Both the position numbers and the translations under genes were made by a program. A DNA stretch of 64,000 nucleotides from Octopus sinensis (taxonomy: Eukaryota). Every line of letters begins with the position of its first letter. Within the stretch, counting starts at the first letter, position 1. The notes beneath the pieces were generated by a model, which was given only the letters and a program-made list of their open reading frames with translations, was not told the origin of the DNA and ran no database searches. The stretch lies in NCBI RefSeq assembly GCF_006345805.1, contig NC_043008.1, forward strand, positions 72,664,001 to 72,728,000. The letters run 5' to 3'. Below are positions 26,300 through 39,609 of the stretch, piece by piece.

Positions 26300-26700
26300 A
26301 TCATCATCATCCTTATCATCTAGTGTTTGTTTTCCAAGGTGGCACAGGTTAGATAGTTTGACTGGAATTGGTAAGCTAGAGAGCTGCAGCGGGCTCCAAT
26401 TTGGTCTTGGCTGGGTTTCTACTGCTGGATGCTCTTCTTAATGCCAACCACTCTATAGAGTGTACTGGGTGTCTTTTACATGTCACTGGCATGAGTACCT
26501 TTTGTGTGTCACTAGTACAGGTGCCATTCACATGTCACCAGTGTGGGTGTCTCTTACATGCCACCAATGTGGGTGCCTTCTGTGTGTCACTACCACAAGT
26601 ACTTTCTGTATGTCACTAGAATAGGTGCCTCCTATGTGTCACTGATGCAAGTGCTTTCTAAGTATCCACAGCATGAGTGGCTTTCATGTGTCACCAAGAC
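26300..26700 (-). mobile_element. SINE-C with an internal ~26-bp minisatellite (about 9 units)
   Basis: Repeated (t/c)atgtgtcac(t/c)ag...ggtgcct units at 26472-26698. Confidence 0.75.
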
Positions 26701-27311
26701 AATGATTTCACTTAGCTTGATATGTCTTCTCAAGTACAGGAAATTACCAAAAGTCTCTGTCACTTCTCATTGCCTCATTTGAGACTTAACATTCAAAGAT
26801 CATATTTTGCCACCTCATCCCACATCTTCTTAAATCTTCCTCTTCAAATGCCAAGGTATTTTGTCCCATTTGAAATATTAAATATTTCTCAGTTTTCTTC
26901 CCAATCATTTTAAGTCTGTCAGTGCACTATATTCTACCTTATCTTATCTAGCTGTGATAAGGTCACATAGAAGTGTTACATGTCCTATCCATGAGGATGT
27001 TTAAAACAACAGCATGAAACCAATCCAAGGATAAGCACTGGCACTCAAAATGTTCCTCAGTTTGGTAGACATTTAGTTCAGGTTTAACATGTACATGTTA
27101 CATGTGGCTGTGGAAAATTGGGGGTCACTACTAGGACACTTAGTTTGCCAACAATAGTGATTAAATCTTCCTCAAAACACAACTCAAAGTCTTCAAAATC
27201 AGGACTGATCAGGGGTTAAACAATAACAGTAACAATAACATAATTATATGTGTCTGTCCAGATGAGCCCAGCATAAACTTTGGCCACTGCCACTGTGTGT
27301 TGTTGTTGTTG

Positions 27312-27506
27312 TTAAGCAACAAGCCGGATAAGGGTGATTAGATGATGGTCTAGGGCTTAGGGGCAGGAGACCCCAGACCTTGGAAAAAAAAACTTTGGCC
27401 ATCTTGTTGTAGTCGAGGGCTCTTCGTTGACGCCCAACACCACTGAGAGGTGGCCCTCGAACTCGCTGGAAATGGAGATCTCCAGGTCCAAATTCTTGAA
27501 CAGCCT
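27312..27506 (-). pseudogene. GC-rich coding fragment, probably a Tx1/L1-like ORF1 end and ORF2 start
   Basis: GC3-biased LFKNLDLEISISSEFEGHLSVVLGVNEE, a frameshift, then LDYNKMAKVFFSKVWG and an IRL(G)CLN-like APE start; family assignment is by recollection only. Confidence 0.45.
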
Positions 27507-28964
27507 ACACTGTGTGTGTGTGTGTGTGTGTGTGGATGGATGGATGGAGGATGAATGGATGGATGTATATATGTATGTGTGTGTGTAATCAGGGTGTATA
27601 TACATATACAGAATGTGCATGTGCATGGTAGATTGGTGTGCTTGTGAATAAATACATAGTTGTGTGTGTATCTGCTGAAACACATCAGTGACTATGTATG
27701 TGATTATGCATGTACGTGTGGCTGTATGTATGTAACTTATAGATCAAATAAAACCTTGATGCCACATAACAACAAACATTTATAAAATATACTGTTCATT
27801 CTTCACTCAAGCGCCAAATTTCCTCTCTAGTTTTACAGACACCAAATGTTAAAAAATTAAATTATCGTAATATGAACAAATGTGACTTAAATGAAAGTTG
27901 GGAACAGCCATTGCTCTTTCTGTATTAGATTATCTCAAACCTTCACTAGTTTTCAGCAGGTCACAAGGGAAACAGAACCAAGTTGACCTCAACTAAGGAC
28001 TTTTTAGTGTTTTAAGTTAATTAATCTGAAGTTTTGATGTGAAATATTAAAGCACAACTCCTCCGTTATTGAACCTAATATAAAGCTATATTTACAGATA
28101 ATTTAATATATTGCCAGTCAGTGAGGTTAGAATTTTAGTGTTTATGTATGTAATATACACGTGTTTGAGTATATGTATACAGACACAGCTGTTTGTATAT
28201 GTATATTTGTGTGCGTGTGTGTTTGTGTGTATGTGTGTGTGTAAACAAGCACATGATGGTGCTGTCTTGTATGGCCTGGCTATATTAGTCTAATTGAACT
28301 AAAGGACCAACATACACACACATACATGCACACACACATGTGATATGGTTGAATTAATAGTGTAATGTACAAAACACGAAAGGCCATTGCATCAAAACTG
28401 CAATGTGTCCGAAGTTTAGGCAGTTAACTTTTGATGATTCAGACAGTTTAGCTGGTAGTAGGTCTAACAGGAGAGTCATCACCATCATTTTACATTTGCT
28501 TTCCATAGTAGCATAGGCTAGACTGTTGCCAGGGTAGAGTTTGTTCATAATTAAAGCTCTTGATAATTAAAGCCCTAGATAGATAGGAGAATCACATCAG
28601 ATGCATGTTTCATGCTTGGCATGGTTCCTACTGCTAAATGTTCTTCCTAACACCAAACACTTTTCTGAGCTTACTGGATGTATTTTACAATAACACCAGC
28701 ACAAGAGAGGTTGCTATGTTTTCGGTAAAACTAAACCATACTCTGAAACCAATACTGTCACTGCCAATTTCCATTTACTTTATAGAGTATACAGGATGCA
28801 TCTTTTTTGACACAATGCTAGCTGAGTTTCTCTGTACTCAATAAGACTGATGAATTCTCATTGCATTGTTTCTGTTTGTTCAAATCAATGTCTACTGTAT
28901 AATTCCCTTTTGTAAGAGGCATTACTTTCACACTGTCATATCCTCAATTGTCTTACAATGTATG

Positions 28965-29700
28965 AAGGTGGTGAGCTGGCAGAGTCATTAGCATGTTGGA
29001 CAAAATGCCTTACAGCATTTTCTTCCAGCTCTTCATTCTGAGTTCAAACACCACTGCTGTTAACATTGCTTTGCATGCTTTCAGGGTTGACACAATAAGC
29101 ACCAGTTGAGCATTAGGGTCAATGTAATTAACTAGCCCCCTCCGACCAAATCTCAGGCCTTGTACCTATTGTAGAAGAGATAGAATTGGCATTAAAGCAG
29201 CAAGCTGGCAGGCAGAACTGCTAGCATGCTGAACAAAATATGAAGTGATGTGTCTTCTGGTTTTACATTCTGAGCTGAAGCACTGCTGAGGTCAACTTTC
29301 ATCTCTTGGGTCAATGAAATAAGTAGAAATCAAGTACTGAGTTCAAGACAAATTAGTAACTTCCCCACCTCATACACACCAACCCCAAACAAATTTCAGC
29401 TCTTGTGCTTATAGAAGAAAGGATTTTTGTAACTTTTAGTGAGAAAGAGAGATACTAGTCATGAGAATCAAATAACTCCCATAAATATCACTGGCCTAGT
29501 ACCTTAACTCAGAAACATGCCAGGCAAAATGCTTAGGAACATTTCGACTGTCTTATGTTCCAAGTTCAAATTCCACTAAAGGCAATTTTACCTTCCTTTC
29601 TTTCAAAGTTGATAAAATAAGTAGCCACTGAGCACTGAGGTTGATATAATTTACCACCAGCTACCAAAATTCCAGGCCCTGTGTTTATAGTAGAAAGAAT
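28965..29700 (+). mobile_element. Three head-to-tail SINE-B copies
   Basis: ggtggtgagctggcagag head at 28968; further heads at ~29200 and ~29510. Confidence 0.75.
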
Positions 29701-29713
29701 TATTATTAATATT

Positions 29714-29817
<104 letters not shown>

Positions 29818-29844
29818 TATATTATTATTATCATTATTATTATC

Positions 29845-32535
29845 ATTTATGGTTTCCTTTCATTAGAACTTTATTTCAGCTGCCTTAGTACCTGGCATCC
29901 ACTGGAGGCCAAGAGTAGCAAGTGCACTTTTTTTTTTTGCTATGCATGCTAAAATTATCACCACATTTATTCCATTTTAGATGGAGATTCCTTTCCATAG
30001 TATATGGGCCGTACCCATAAAGGTTATCTTTTGTAATTCACAAAGATTGGAGTTACCAGGGAGTTGCTTAATATACTTCTAAGCTCCCTTCTTTATCATT
30101 CTCACCACACCAGTTACTACTGTTATTATCGTAGTACTAAGCTTACACATTTTTATGATTTCAATTTGCAGATCTTTCTGGTGAGAAAGCTTTCATATTC
30201 TTTTCTTGAGATATTTTGATCTTGTGGGACAGACATATCTATTAACATACAAGTTCCTCTGTTGTAGTCCTTGATCACAATGATTAGTGGATAGGAGCCA
30301 ATTTTTCTGTCTGTTTGTATTGGGAAGCTCCAAAGGATGGTGATGGCCTTGCCTTTTACTACATCCACTGGATGATACCTGCACCACTTATCATGGGATT
30401 TAATTTTGTAGTATTTACAAGCATTCCAGTAGATGTACTGCCCCAGTCTGTCATGTCTTATGAGGAACTCCTTTTCAGCAAGGACTGGGCAGCCAGAAAC
30501 AACATGATCAATTGTCTCTGCAAATTCTGCATGAGGAGTGAGATTCAACTTTGAGATTCAACTTTGAGGACGTTTGCATGGCAGTTTCTGGTAGGTAAGC
30601 TCTGATCTTGCACTGCAATAACAAAACGTTTCGGTTTCCTCTTTTAGACTTGTCCTTTGTAGCCATTGGTGCATTAGATGTTGATCAATATCTGGCTTGG
30701 ACAGGCAGTTGGGGTATTTTCCATGCAGGAGTTTACCTTACCAGTTGTCTTCAATATTACTCATGCAAGCCTTCTTTGCTTTTTGTTTGATGTTTTTTGC
30801 ATCAGTAATAGGTTTATCACTATTTGGATCTCACTTGTCTTTCTAATTGTTAGTTTCTAAATCAGGAGAAGCAATAGTAGGTCTGTCAGTATTTGGGTGT
30901 CTTTGGTCATTCTTATTGTTAACTTGTAGGCCAAGAGAATTTTTAAATTTCTTGCTAAGCTTCATGATTGAAGCTTGCTTGGAATCTTCATGCTTCAGTG
31001 TAGTTTATGAGAGCACATCACTTGCTGTATTATGGCATATTTCAAGGACTATTATTGCTGATTTGAAGGCTTGTTTGAGCTGTATCAGGCCTCTTCCTCC
31101 TATTTTTCTTGTGAGATAAATCTTATCTATATCTGATTTTGGATGGTGCATTTGGTGCCTTGTAAGGATTTTAAGAATCTTCCCATCCATATTCTGCATG
31201 TCAGTGAAACTCCACTTTATGATACTGAAGCTATAAGTGGTTGCTGGTATGGCCTAAGAATTGATTGCATTAATTCTGTTAGCAGAATTTAATTCTGAGT
31301 TTAGGACCATTCTTACCCTTTCCTTGTGGAATTTCTCTTTCATTTTAGAGTTCTGGATACTATCAACTTTCATTGGTTTCCAGATATTTTTATACTTCGG
31401 ATTGGCCTAGTTTTCGAATAACTGGTAGTATCAAGTTCTATGTTTTCTGCCTTTATGAACTTTCCTGCTTTGAAAGTAACCTTTGCACATTTATCAAGTC
31501 CAAACTCCATACCTATATTGGAGCTGAATTCTTTGATAGTATTTAGGAGCTCTTCTAATTCTTTGTCCTTTTTGACAAACAATTTTAGATCATCCATAGA
31601 GAATAGATGACTAATTTTCTGGTCAAAGATCTTAAACTTTCTCTTAGCATTATTCAGTTGTGTGGATAATGGGAACAGGGTGAGGCAGAATAGTAATGGT
31701 GATAATGAGTAACCTTGAAATGATACCACAGACGATACTGATACTTATGTATGGTTTAAAATGAAGCTAGTTCTCCAAGAATTCCTGATTACTTATAGAA
31801 AGTTCACAATTATTTGAGCTGTCTTGTAAATTTCCAGGGCCTTGATGATCCGTGCACGAGGGAAACTGTCAAAAGTTTTCTTGTAATCTAAGTGGTGCTA
31901 AGTTTTCTGTGTTTGGAATTGCAACTTTCAATGACCATTTCATCAATCAGTAATTGGTCCTTACTTCCATATGCACTCCTTTTACATCCATTTTGTTCCA
32001 CTGGGAATAACTTCCTATTGTCCAAGAATTCATATGCTCTATTCGCTATTATAAAAATGGCTGTGTGGTAAGAAACTTGCTTACCAACCATATTGTTCTG
32101 AGTACAGTCCCACTGCATGGCACCTTGGGCAAGTGCCTTCTACTATAGCTTCGGGTTGGTCAAAGCCTTGTGAGTGGATTCGGTAGCCGGAAACTGAAAG
32201 AAGCCCATCATATATATATATATATATATGCTTGTGTCTCTGTCTTTGTCTTCCCAACATTGCTTGATAACCGATGCTGGTGTGTTTACATCCCTGTAAC
32301 CTAGGATTTCAGCAAAAGAGACTGATAGAATAAATATCAGGCTTACAAAGAAAAAGTTCTGGGGTCGATTTGCTCAACTAAAGGCAGTTCTCCATCATGG
32401 CCACAGTCAAATGACTAAAACAAATAAAAGAAAAGAATATGGTGGTGTGGCATGTTATGGGTTGGTATTTTTGTGGGGTTAGTAGTTTCTTTTGTTTTGG
32501 GTAAGAGATATGTAATCTCTTTTGTAAGCCACTTA
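29845..32535 (-). mobile_element. 5'-truncated R4/Dong-like element, close relative of 4836-8338, with a SINE-A insertion
   Basis: FQGYSLSPLLFCL, SMDDLKLF, HVVSGCPVLAEKEFLIRHD; (ATT)n on both sides. Confidence 0.92.
32058..32436 (+). mobile_element. SINE-A nested in the R4/Dong RT region
   Basis: R4 sequence resumes at atatggtggtg, matching ~7065 of the other copy. Confidence 0.85.
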
Positions 32536-32559
32536 TTATTATTACTATTATTATTATTG

Positions 32560-33500
32560 GTAAGGTTGCACGCAGGCAAAATTGTTAGCAGGCTGGGTGA
32601 AATGCTTAGTGACATTTCATCTTCCTTCATGTTCCGAGTCCAAATTTCACCAAGGTTTACTTTGCCTTTCATCCTTTCATGGTTGATGAAATTTCAGGCC
32701 TTGTGCCTTTAGTAGAAAGGATTATTATTGTTGTTGATGTTATTACTGAGTGAGAAATCAGCACACACCATCAAAGCAATGTTGGGGTACAAATATACAA
32801 AGCCCACTATACCCAGCATGACTACCCATGCAAAAAGGGTAATCTAGGTACATGTATCACAACCATATGTGTGCAATATGGTAATATCATATCAAGATCA
32901 TGAGTGCATAATCTTGCAGGTAGGTCTTAGTCAGAATTTTCTTCAGGTTGAGTAGCCCATCCCACTGAAAAGGTCACTGAATAAGAGTTGTTTAAGGATG
33001 ATGAAGAAAACACCCATGTTTCTAGGAATGAATTTATTCAAGCCCTAAAGAACCCCTCAGAATGCATAGCTATGATGCTCCCCCACTTCTTTGGCTCATG
33101 ATCAAAGATGCACATAAGTGACATTCTTAACAGGTTAAGGTCAAGCAACTGACAGGCAAACCTATGGTATTGAGCAGAATATTTTCTGTAGCCCATCTTT
33201 TACACCAAGACGAAACACATACATGCTATCACTTCAAGTCACTCGAGATAAAAAGCCATTAGAGCCACTACCTGGTATTGCATCAAGGTATTGGCAAACT
33301 GAGTAAAATGCATAGTGGTATTTCATCCATTTTTACATTCTGAGTTCAAATTCCACTGAGGTTGACTTTGCCTTTCATTCTTTTAGGGATCAATAATGTA
33401 GGTACCAGTTGAGCACTGGGAATGATGTAATCGACTAGCACACCACTACCCCAAACCTGCTAGTCTTGTGCCAAAATTATTGTTGTTATTGCTATTATTA
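32560..33500. mobile_element. SINE-B (+), L550 copy 4 (-, 32748-33290), SINE-B (+)
   Basis: Similarity to the other copies. Confidence 0.8.
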
Positions 33501-33507
33501 TTATTAT

Positions 33508-34070
33508 TGCCTTTGCACTGATTCTAACACTGGAGATGTACTATGATATCAGCTGTTCACTACCAGTGAACTAAGGTAACACCTCTTATTTTTCGAGCAC
33601 CTTCCGGAGCAGTGCTGTTTTCCAAGCAGTGCTGTTTTCTGCAAGTGCTCCACCCTTATTGCAGCCCCTATTTTTCCATGTATTTCTCAAGATTTTTATT
33701 CACTGTTCCCAGGGATCCAACAATCATTGTTACTATTACCACCATTTTCATTGACCACAACTGCTTAACCTCCCAAGCTAACCTGTCACATCTGTCAACT
33801 TTTCTTTTTTCCTTATTGCATACCTTGTTGTCAACTGGGGGTGCTATATCTATGATCCAACATAGTTTGCTTTCTTTCACTAATAACAATTTGTCTGGCT
33901 TATTATTTTCTATCTCATGGTTTCACTGAATCATAAACTCCCACAAGATCTTTGCATTATCATTTTCGATGATGCCTTTAGATTTGAGGTAGTTTGAAAG
34001 GAGACAATACCAAATTGCCAAAGGTTTCAAGCAGTGCCTTCTCCTGTGACTCAAAGAGACAATACTCTCT
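33508..34070 (-). pseudogene. R4/Dong-like RLE 3' fragment, different subfamily
   Basis: ILWEFMIQ...CWIIDIAPPVDNKV...EKRKVDRCDRLAWEVKQLW...IVGSLGTV. Confidence 0.85.
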
Positions 34071-34074
34071 TTAG

Positions 34075-34370
34075 AATGTGAGCTGTACCCAACAATGCTA
34101 TGTTCTGGACCACCTCGAGCCTGACAGTAGCTCCAATATTCTTTGTTTTTCAAAACCCTTGAAAACTACTCCTAATGCTCCATTTACCACAGGTATCATC
34201 ATTATTTTCCTCATGTCCCATAAATTTCCTATCTTTTCCTGCAGTGGCTGGTATTTCTCACTCTTTTCTGTTTCCTTACATTTCACCCTCGAATTGTCTG
34301 GTATTGCAACATCTATTATCATGCCACATAGGTGCACATTTGTGCTTACACCAGCAGAAACATGAGCATT
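34075..34370 (-). pseudogene. R4/Dong-like RLE fragment, another subfamily
   Basis: IIDVAIPDNSRVKCKETEKSEKYQPL...IPVVNGALG. Confidence 0.8.
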
Positions 34371-34378
34371 ATCTCCCC

Positions 34379-34416
<38 letters not shown>

Positions 34417-34722
34417 TACACACATACACACACATTCTCAGTTCCATTCATATACAAAACCTGTAAACAAGGAGATAGTCAGACAGACAGATAGATGCCT
34501 GCAGTAGACTTGGAGTCATTATTTTAGACTTAGACAAAATTTCAGGACTTTGACAAACCTATCTGACTGATTGATTGATCAAATAACTAATCAGGCATTT
34601 GATTAGTTGACTGGTTAAATGGTTTATTAGTTCATTAATAATAAAAGAAGTGAAATAGCATCAGCACAATATAGTTATTATTGGCATAATAACCCACCTG
34701 AGACACAATGGAACATATACAT

Positions 34723-35106
34723 ATAGGTGCTGGTGTGGTTGTGTGGTAAAAAGCTTGCTTCCCAAGAACATGGTTCCAGGTTCAGTCCCACTACATCGCA
34801 CTTTGGGCAAGTGTCATCACTAAAGCCTCAAGCTGACCAAAGTCTTGTGAATGGATTTGGTAGACAGAAACTGAAAGAAGGTGTGTGTATGTGTGTGTCT
34901 CTGCTTGTGCCCCATCACTGCTTGACAACCAGTGCTGGTGTGTTTGCATCCTCATAACTTAGCAGTTTGGCAAAAAAAGACCGATAGAATGAGTACCAGG
35001 TTTAACTAAAAGTAAGTACTGGGATCAATTCATTTAACTAAAATTTCTTGAAGGCAGTGCCCCAGCATGGCCACGATCAAACGACTGAAACAAGTAAAAG
35101 ATAAAA
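34723..35106 (+). mobile_element. SINE-A
   Basis: Full head to tail. Confidence 0.85.
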
Positions 35107-35702
35107 TATTACATTATTGTTCTGATGTCTGTACATATATCTCTCATGCAAGTGCAGGTGAAATTGGATTATTATCAAGATTTTACTGGATGGAAAATTT
35201 TTCTCTTTAAAACACCTTACTAAGAGAGGACTTCAGAAAGTCAGCATGTCATCTTAATCTGAGAGAACTAGTGAAAGATCTCAGCAAGAAAGACAGCAGC
35301 TCTGGAGACAAAACTTTGACTACATGAAAGTGAATGTTAAAAATAGTTATACAGTAATTTGGAAGAGACAAAAAGAAAACGGAAACAACAGATACACTCG
35401 AAAGTATAAGGAGATACTTTAGCATTATACAGACAAAAGTATTCACAGCAATGCACACAGGCACATATACTTATTATCTACAAGCTTTAATTTTGCTCAT
35501 GTTGCCAATAATAGTGTCCTTGAAGACTTACTTGGTGACAACAACAACTATGTTGATTTGCACACATGCAGAATCATTGGATGAGAAATGCACAGATGGA
35601 GATGAAAATTTTGCTCAAATTGCCGAGTTTTGTTTTTCTAAGCAAAGATGGACTTTTACTGTACCTTCGAAGGACTAAAAGAAAGTGAGGCTCTGGCTTG
35701 TG

Positions 35703-36078
35703 TATTCTTTTATTCTTTCAGTCAGTTTGACTGTGACCATGCTGGAGCACCACCTTAAAGGGTTTTAGTAAAAGCAAGTGACCTATTCTTTTTAAGCCTA
35801 GTACTTATTCTATCAGTCCCTTTGGCTGAACTTCGAAATTACAGGGATGTAAACACACCAACATCGGTTGTCAAGTGATGATGGGGGGGGGATGACAGAA
35901 AGACACGTACACACATATATACGACAGGCTTCTTCCAGTTTCTGTCAACCAAATCCACTCACAAGGCTTTGGTCGGCCTGACTCTATAATAGAAGACACT
36001 TGCCCAAGGTGCCACATTGGGACTGAACCTGGAACCATGTGGTTGAAAAGCAAGCTTCTTACCACACAGCCATGCCTA
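35703..36078 (-). mobile_element. SINE-A, inverted relative to 34723-35106
   Basis: Reverse-complement match to family A. Confidence 0.85.
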
Positions 36079-36249
36079 TGAGTAAGCATTTTATGCATAG
36101 AGATGGATGAATTCCATTGACCATCTGCCTGTCTTTCAATACCGAGGCTGAGATGCTGAACAGTCAAAGATCTCATGCAAAACTACTTGCTCATAAGCTT
36201 TACAGGAACAACAGTCAAAAACACTCTTTAAATTTTGGATTGTTACTTT

Positions 36250-37050
36250 CATAGAGAAAGACGAATGGGTAATATGTATGCAGGAAACTAGGAAGGAACA
36301 CCATGGATTTGCAAGTCCTTATGACTCTTGAAAACCACTGAGCTCCAAAAAGTTTTGCCAAGTTGACACAAAGAGCACAACACTGATGATACGAAGCTGA
36401 AAACCAAGGTGTTATACCTATGGTCACAAGAGTCACTTGTGAGCTCTTTATTCTGAAGAGTTGGAGAAGTGTAGAAGAAAGAAAGGTAGTGGAGAACCAC
36501 ATTTCTCAGTCTTAGACACAAGCACAGGAAAAGGTGTTTGATGGATTCAGGTGGCAGATGTACATCATAACAAAATTACAACTAGGACTTAGAGGAAGCT
36601 ACTTAATTCTGGGCTAGTGTGTGTGTGTAATTTTCTAGCAATAATATGACCACCAGCTCAGGATGAACCATATAGTGATGACATTCAGAGCCTATGTCAA
36701 AAGTCTGTTACAGCTTCTGGCAGAAAGGGTGGCTTGTTGTGAAAAACCTAAAACTAATTCAGACATAGTCAGAAACAGGTGGTTGTGAAAGGAGCAAACC
36801 ATCTGCTTTGGATGTTTTATTCAAACAGATTTATGGATACATGCCAGATTGGTTCACCATTCTCTGAGCAGACATCTGCTACAACTGGCAACCAAGTAAA
36901 AGCATTTTTATAGCTTTGTTAGGTAGCACTGCTGAGGAAGGCTGCCAACAAGAGAGACATTATCAACAATTTATGGCCTGTATCTCATACGAATGCAGAG
37001 TTTGTGAAGAGGCTAATAATTGTAGTAGTGTGGTCAAGAGGATTCAGATC
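36250..37050 (+). pseudogene. Possible very old Gypsy gag knuckle / integrase remnant
   Basis: RCYTYGHKSH (CCHC-like), AYVKSL.Q, GSPF...GNQ and WPVSHTNAEFVKR (YHPQxNGxVER-like); many stops. Confidence 0.35.
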
Positions 37051-38392
37051 TGCAGTTTCTAACAGATCTATGTCACTGTCACCACATTCCCTTCAATATA
37101 AAAGGAGTGTGAGTAATAAACTTTGATTCATGGGGTTTCTAATTCATAAGTATCAGTGTACCCCTGTAGAAAGGATTGACAATTATTAGTTAGCGTGGTG
37201 GTCTTTAGTGCAAGTAATTTTTATTCTATCTTTGGAGGCTGAAAAACTGGAAACTTGGTACAGAGGGGTACGAAGATATTTAATATGGTCTATAGAAGAG
37301 ATAGAAAGATAAAAAAAAAGTGATGTGTGTAAAGCATTAAAAAGGAGGTTATGTGGCATGTGGAATAGGTAGAAAAATAGATAATATGGATAGTAGAGAT
37401 AGACAGACAGGGAACCTAGGGTGTTAAGGGATTAATGACAGGTAATTTGATGTGCTGTAAAGGCAAAAAATGTAATATGAAATGTACTAAAGACAGGTAA
37501 GTTGAATAGTTTGAAGTTGGAAGCAAAGCTGCTTTGATAAACATGTTCACACTACTCCTAATGAGTTACTGATGGCATGGAGATGGATCTGGAAAGATCT
37601 GCCAAGATAATCCCTTTTTAGTTTTATCAACGTTGATTAGACGACCTGGAAAAGTCTCAAAAGTATTTTCAATCTAAATTGAAGAGGTTAAATTTTAATG
37701 TCTCTTTCATGCAAATTCAAAATCAAGTTTTCTTTTTTTACCTCTAAATTTATATTATATATTTTTTTTAGAATTTATTTCACTTTTGTCTTTTTATGTT
37801 AAATTTTCTATTTTTCTTTCCATTGTTCCTTGCTAGGATGGTTCTGCACACTTAAATATTTGCATGAATTGTTAAGCCAGGTGTTTTTACAGTTCGTTGT
37901 GTTTCCTAGCAATAACCACTCAACCGTATAATGGGAAATCAGTAGCTATTGTAGCTATTTTACTAGTTTAGCTTTCAGCACTTGGTGATTTTTCTTTCTT
38001 TTCTCTTCCTCTTGTTTTTTACAGGGATTTCTTTTTGGTTGTTGTTGTAGGCTGGAACTCAGGAAAATAAGGCAAGTTGATTAAGAAAAGATGCATAAAT
38101 AAGGGAGTTCCACAATGGTGCACTGATGCTTGTGGCAATGACGGCTTGATCTGCTGAACTATACATGACAAATCCACTACATTAACCATCTCACATTTAC
38201 TCCACCTTAAAAGGGGGGAGAGTAAGAGAGAGAGAGAGAGAGAGAGACGGAGGCATATCAGATTTTCAATTAGAATTTCCTTGGACTTGTTTTTGCAACA
38301 AGTAAACTGGAACTATGCAGAGGAACAGAAAGAGGGGAGAATTGTAGAGATAAAGATTGGGAGAATAGAAGAGGAGGAATGTGGTGGTAGGA

Positions 38393-38424
38393 GGGGGAGG
38401 AGGAGGGGATGAGGGGGAAAGGGG
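38393..38424 (+). other. Canonical G-quadruplex-forming sequence
   Basis: G5-AGGAGGA-G4-ATGA-G5-AAA-G4. Confidence 0.7.
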
Positions 38425-38804
38425 ACATGTGGGTTATGGTGAGAGTGTAGGGTGGCAAAAAGGTAATCTAGCATGCATGCATTCTATGTTCCTTCGTTGC
38501 AGATTGCATTTTCTCAGTGCAGTATAATTGCGTTCATAATTCATTGATGGACGACTGCTTGTTGTAGAGTTCAGAGCACTAAAATAAACATACAAACAAG
38601 AACAAAACATACACAAACACACACACACACATGCACAAACACACACACATGCACAGGGACGTAGGAGGGAGTAGAAAGAAAATAAGGAAAAATAAGAGGT
38701 AAATAGAAGCTATAAGATCTCTACTTCTTTGTTTCAGAAATCATAAATAAAAGCAAACTTTTCCAAATAACCTTGTGGAAAGAAAGACATAAACAACAAA
38801 ATTA

Positions 38805-39000
38805 ATAAAAATAATAATAATGAAAACAATAATGATAACAGTAATAATGACAATCATAGTAAGAATAAGAATAACAATAATAAAAGACAATCATAGTAAG
38901 AATAAGAACAACAATAATAATGACAATCATAACAACAATAATATGACGATGATGATGATGATAATAATAATAATAAAAATAACAATAACAATAATAAATC
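38805..39000. repeat. Degenerate (AAT/AAC/GAT)n tract
   Basis: Trinucleotide mosaic. Confidence 0.85.
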
Positions 39001-39554
39001 TTCCCTAATAAAAATAAAGTAAAATTAATAAAATGATGAAACAAACTGGAAAACAGTAAAATCCTATAAAATCTTAAAAATCTATCGATTCGTTCTGTTC
39101 CTGAGAGTAATCTACAACAGAATTATACTTTTTAAACATTGATTTTTATTTTCTAAATATTTTTATTGCTATTGTAAGATTTCTAGATTTAATGCAATCT
39201 TTCGGATGGAAAATGTCAACTGCATTGTTCGAAATACACATTTTAACAAGCGTGTACATCGAGCATGATATAATTCTAGAGAAAGACGAATTAGATATTA
39301 CCATAGTCTTTTGGGGATTGGAAATTTGTTCTTGACATAAAATTATCAAAAATATTTTGCATGTATGCTTTTTTTTTCTGGCAAAGGAGGTGGGGAGTGG
39401 TTTTTGTTGTTCTTTCTTCACAATTTTCCTTTATATTATATTTATGGTTTGAATATTATTAAACTTTGAAAATCTGTTCGAGATAAAATAGCAAATTAAT
39501 TTTAATGGTCACCAACTATTTAATTTGAAGTACCTCTCTACATGAAGTGTCTGC

Positions 39555-39561
39555 ATATATA

Positions 39562-39609
<48 letters not shown>

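Noticed and set aside
26472-26698. CRISPR-like array
   Set aside because: Degenerate tandem units without unique spacers, in eukaryotic SINE context with no cas genes
36375-36415. CTGATGA-TACGAAGCT-GAAA-ACCAAGGT hammerhead-like string
   Set aside because: Stem II does not pair and there is no UH triplet; better explained as part of a decayed Gypsy-like coding remnant
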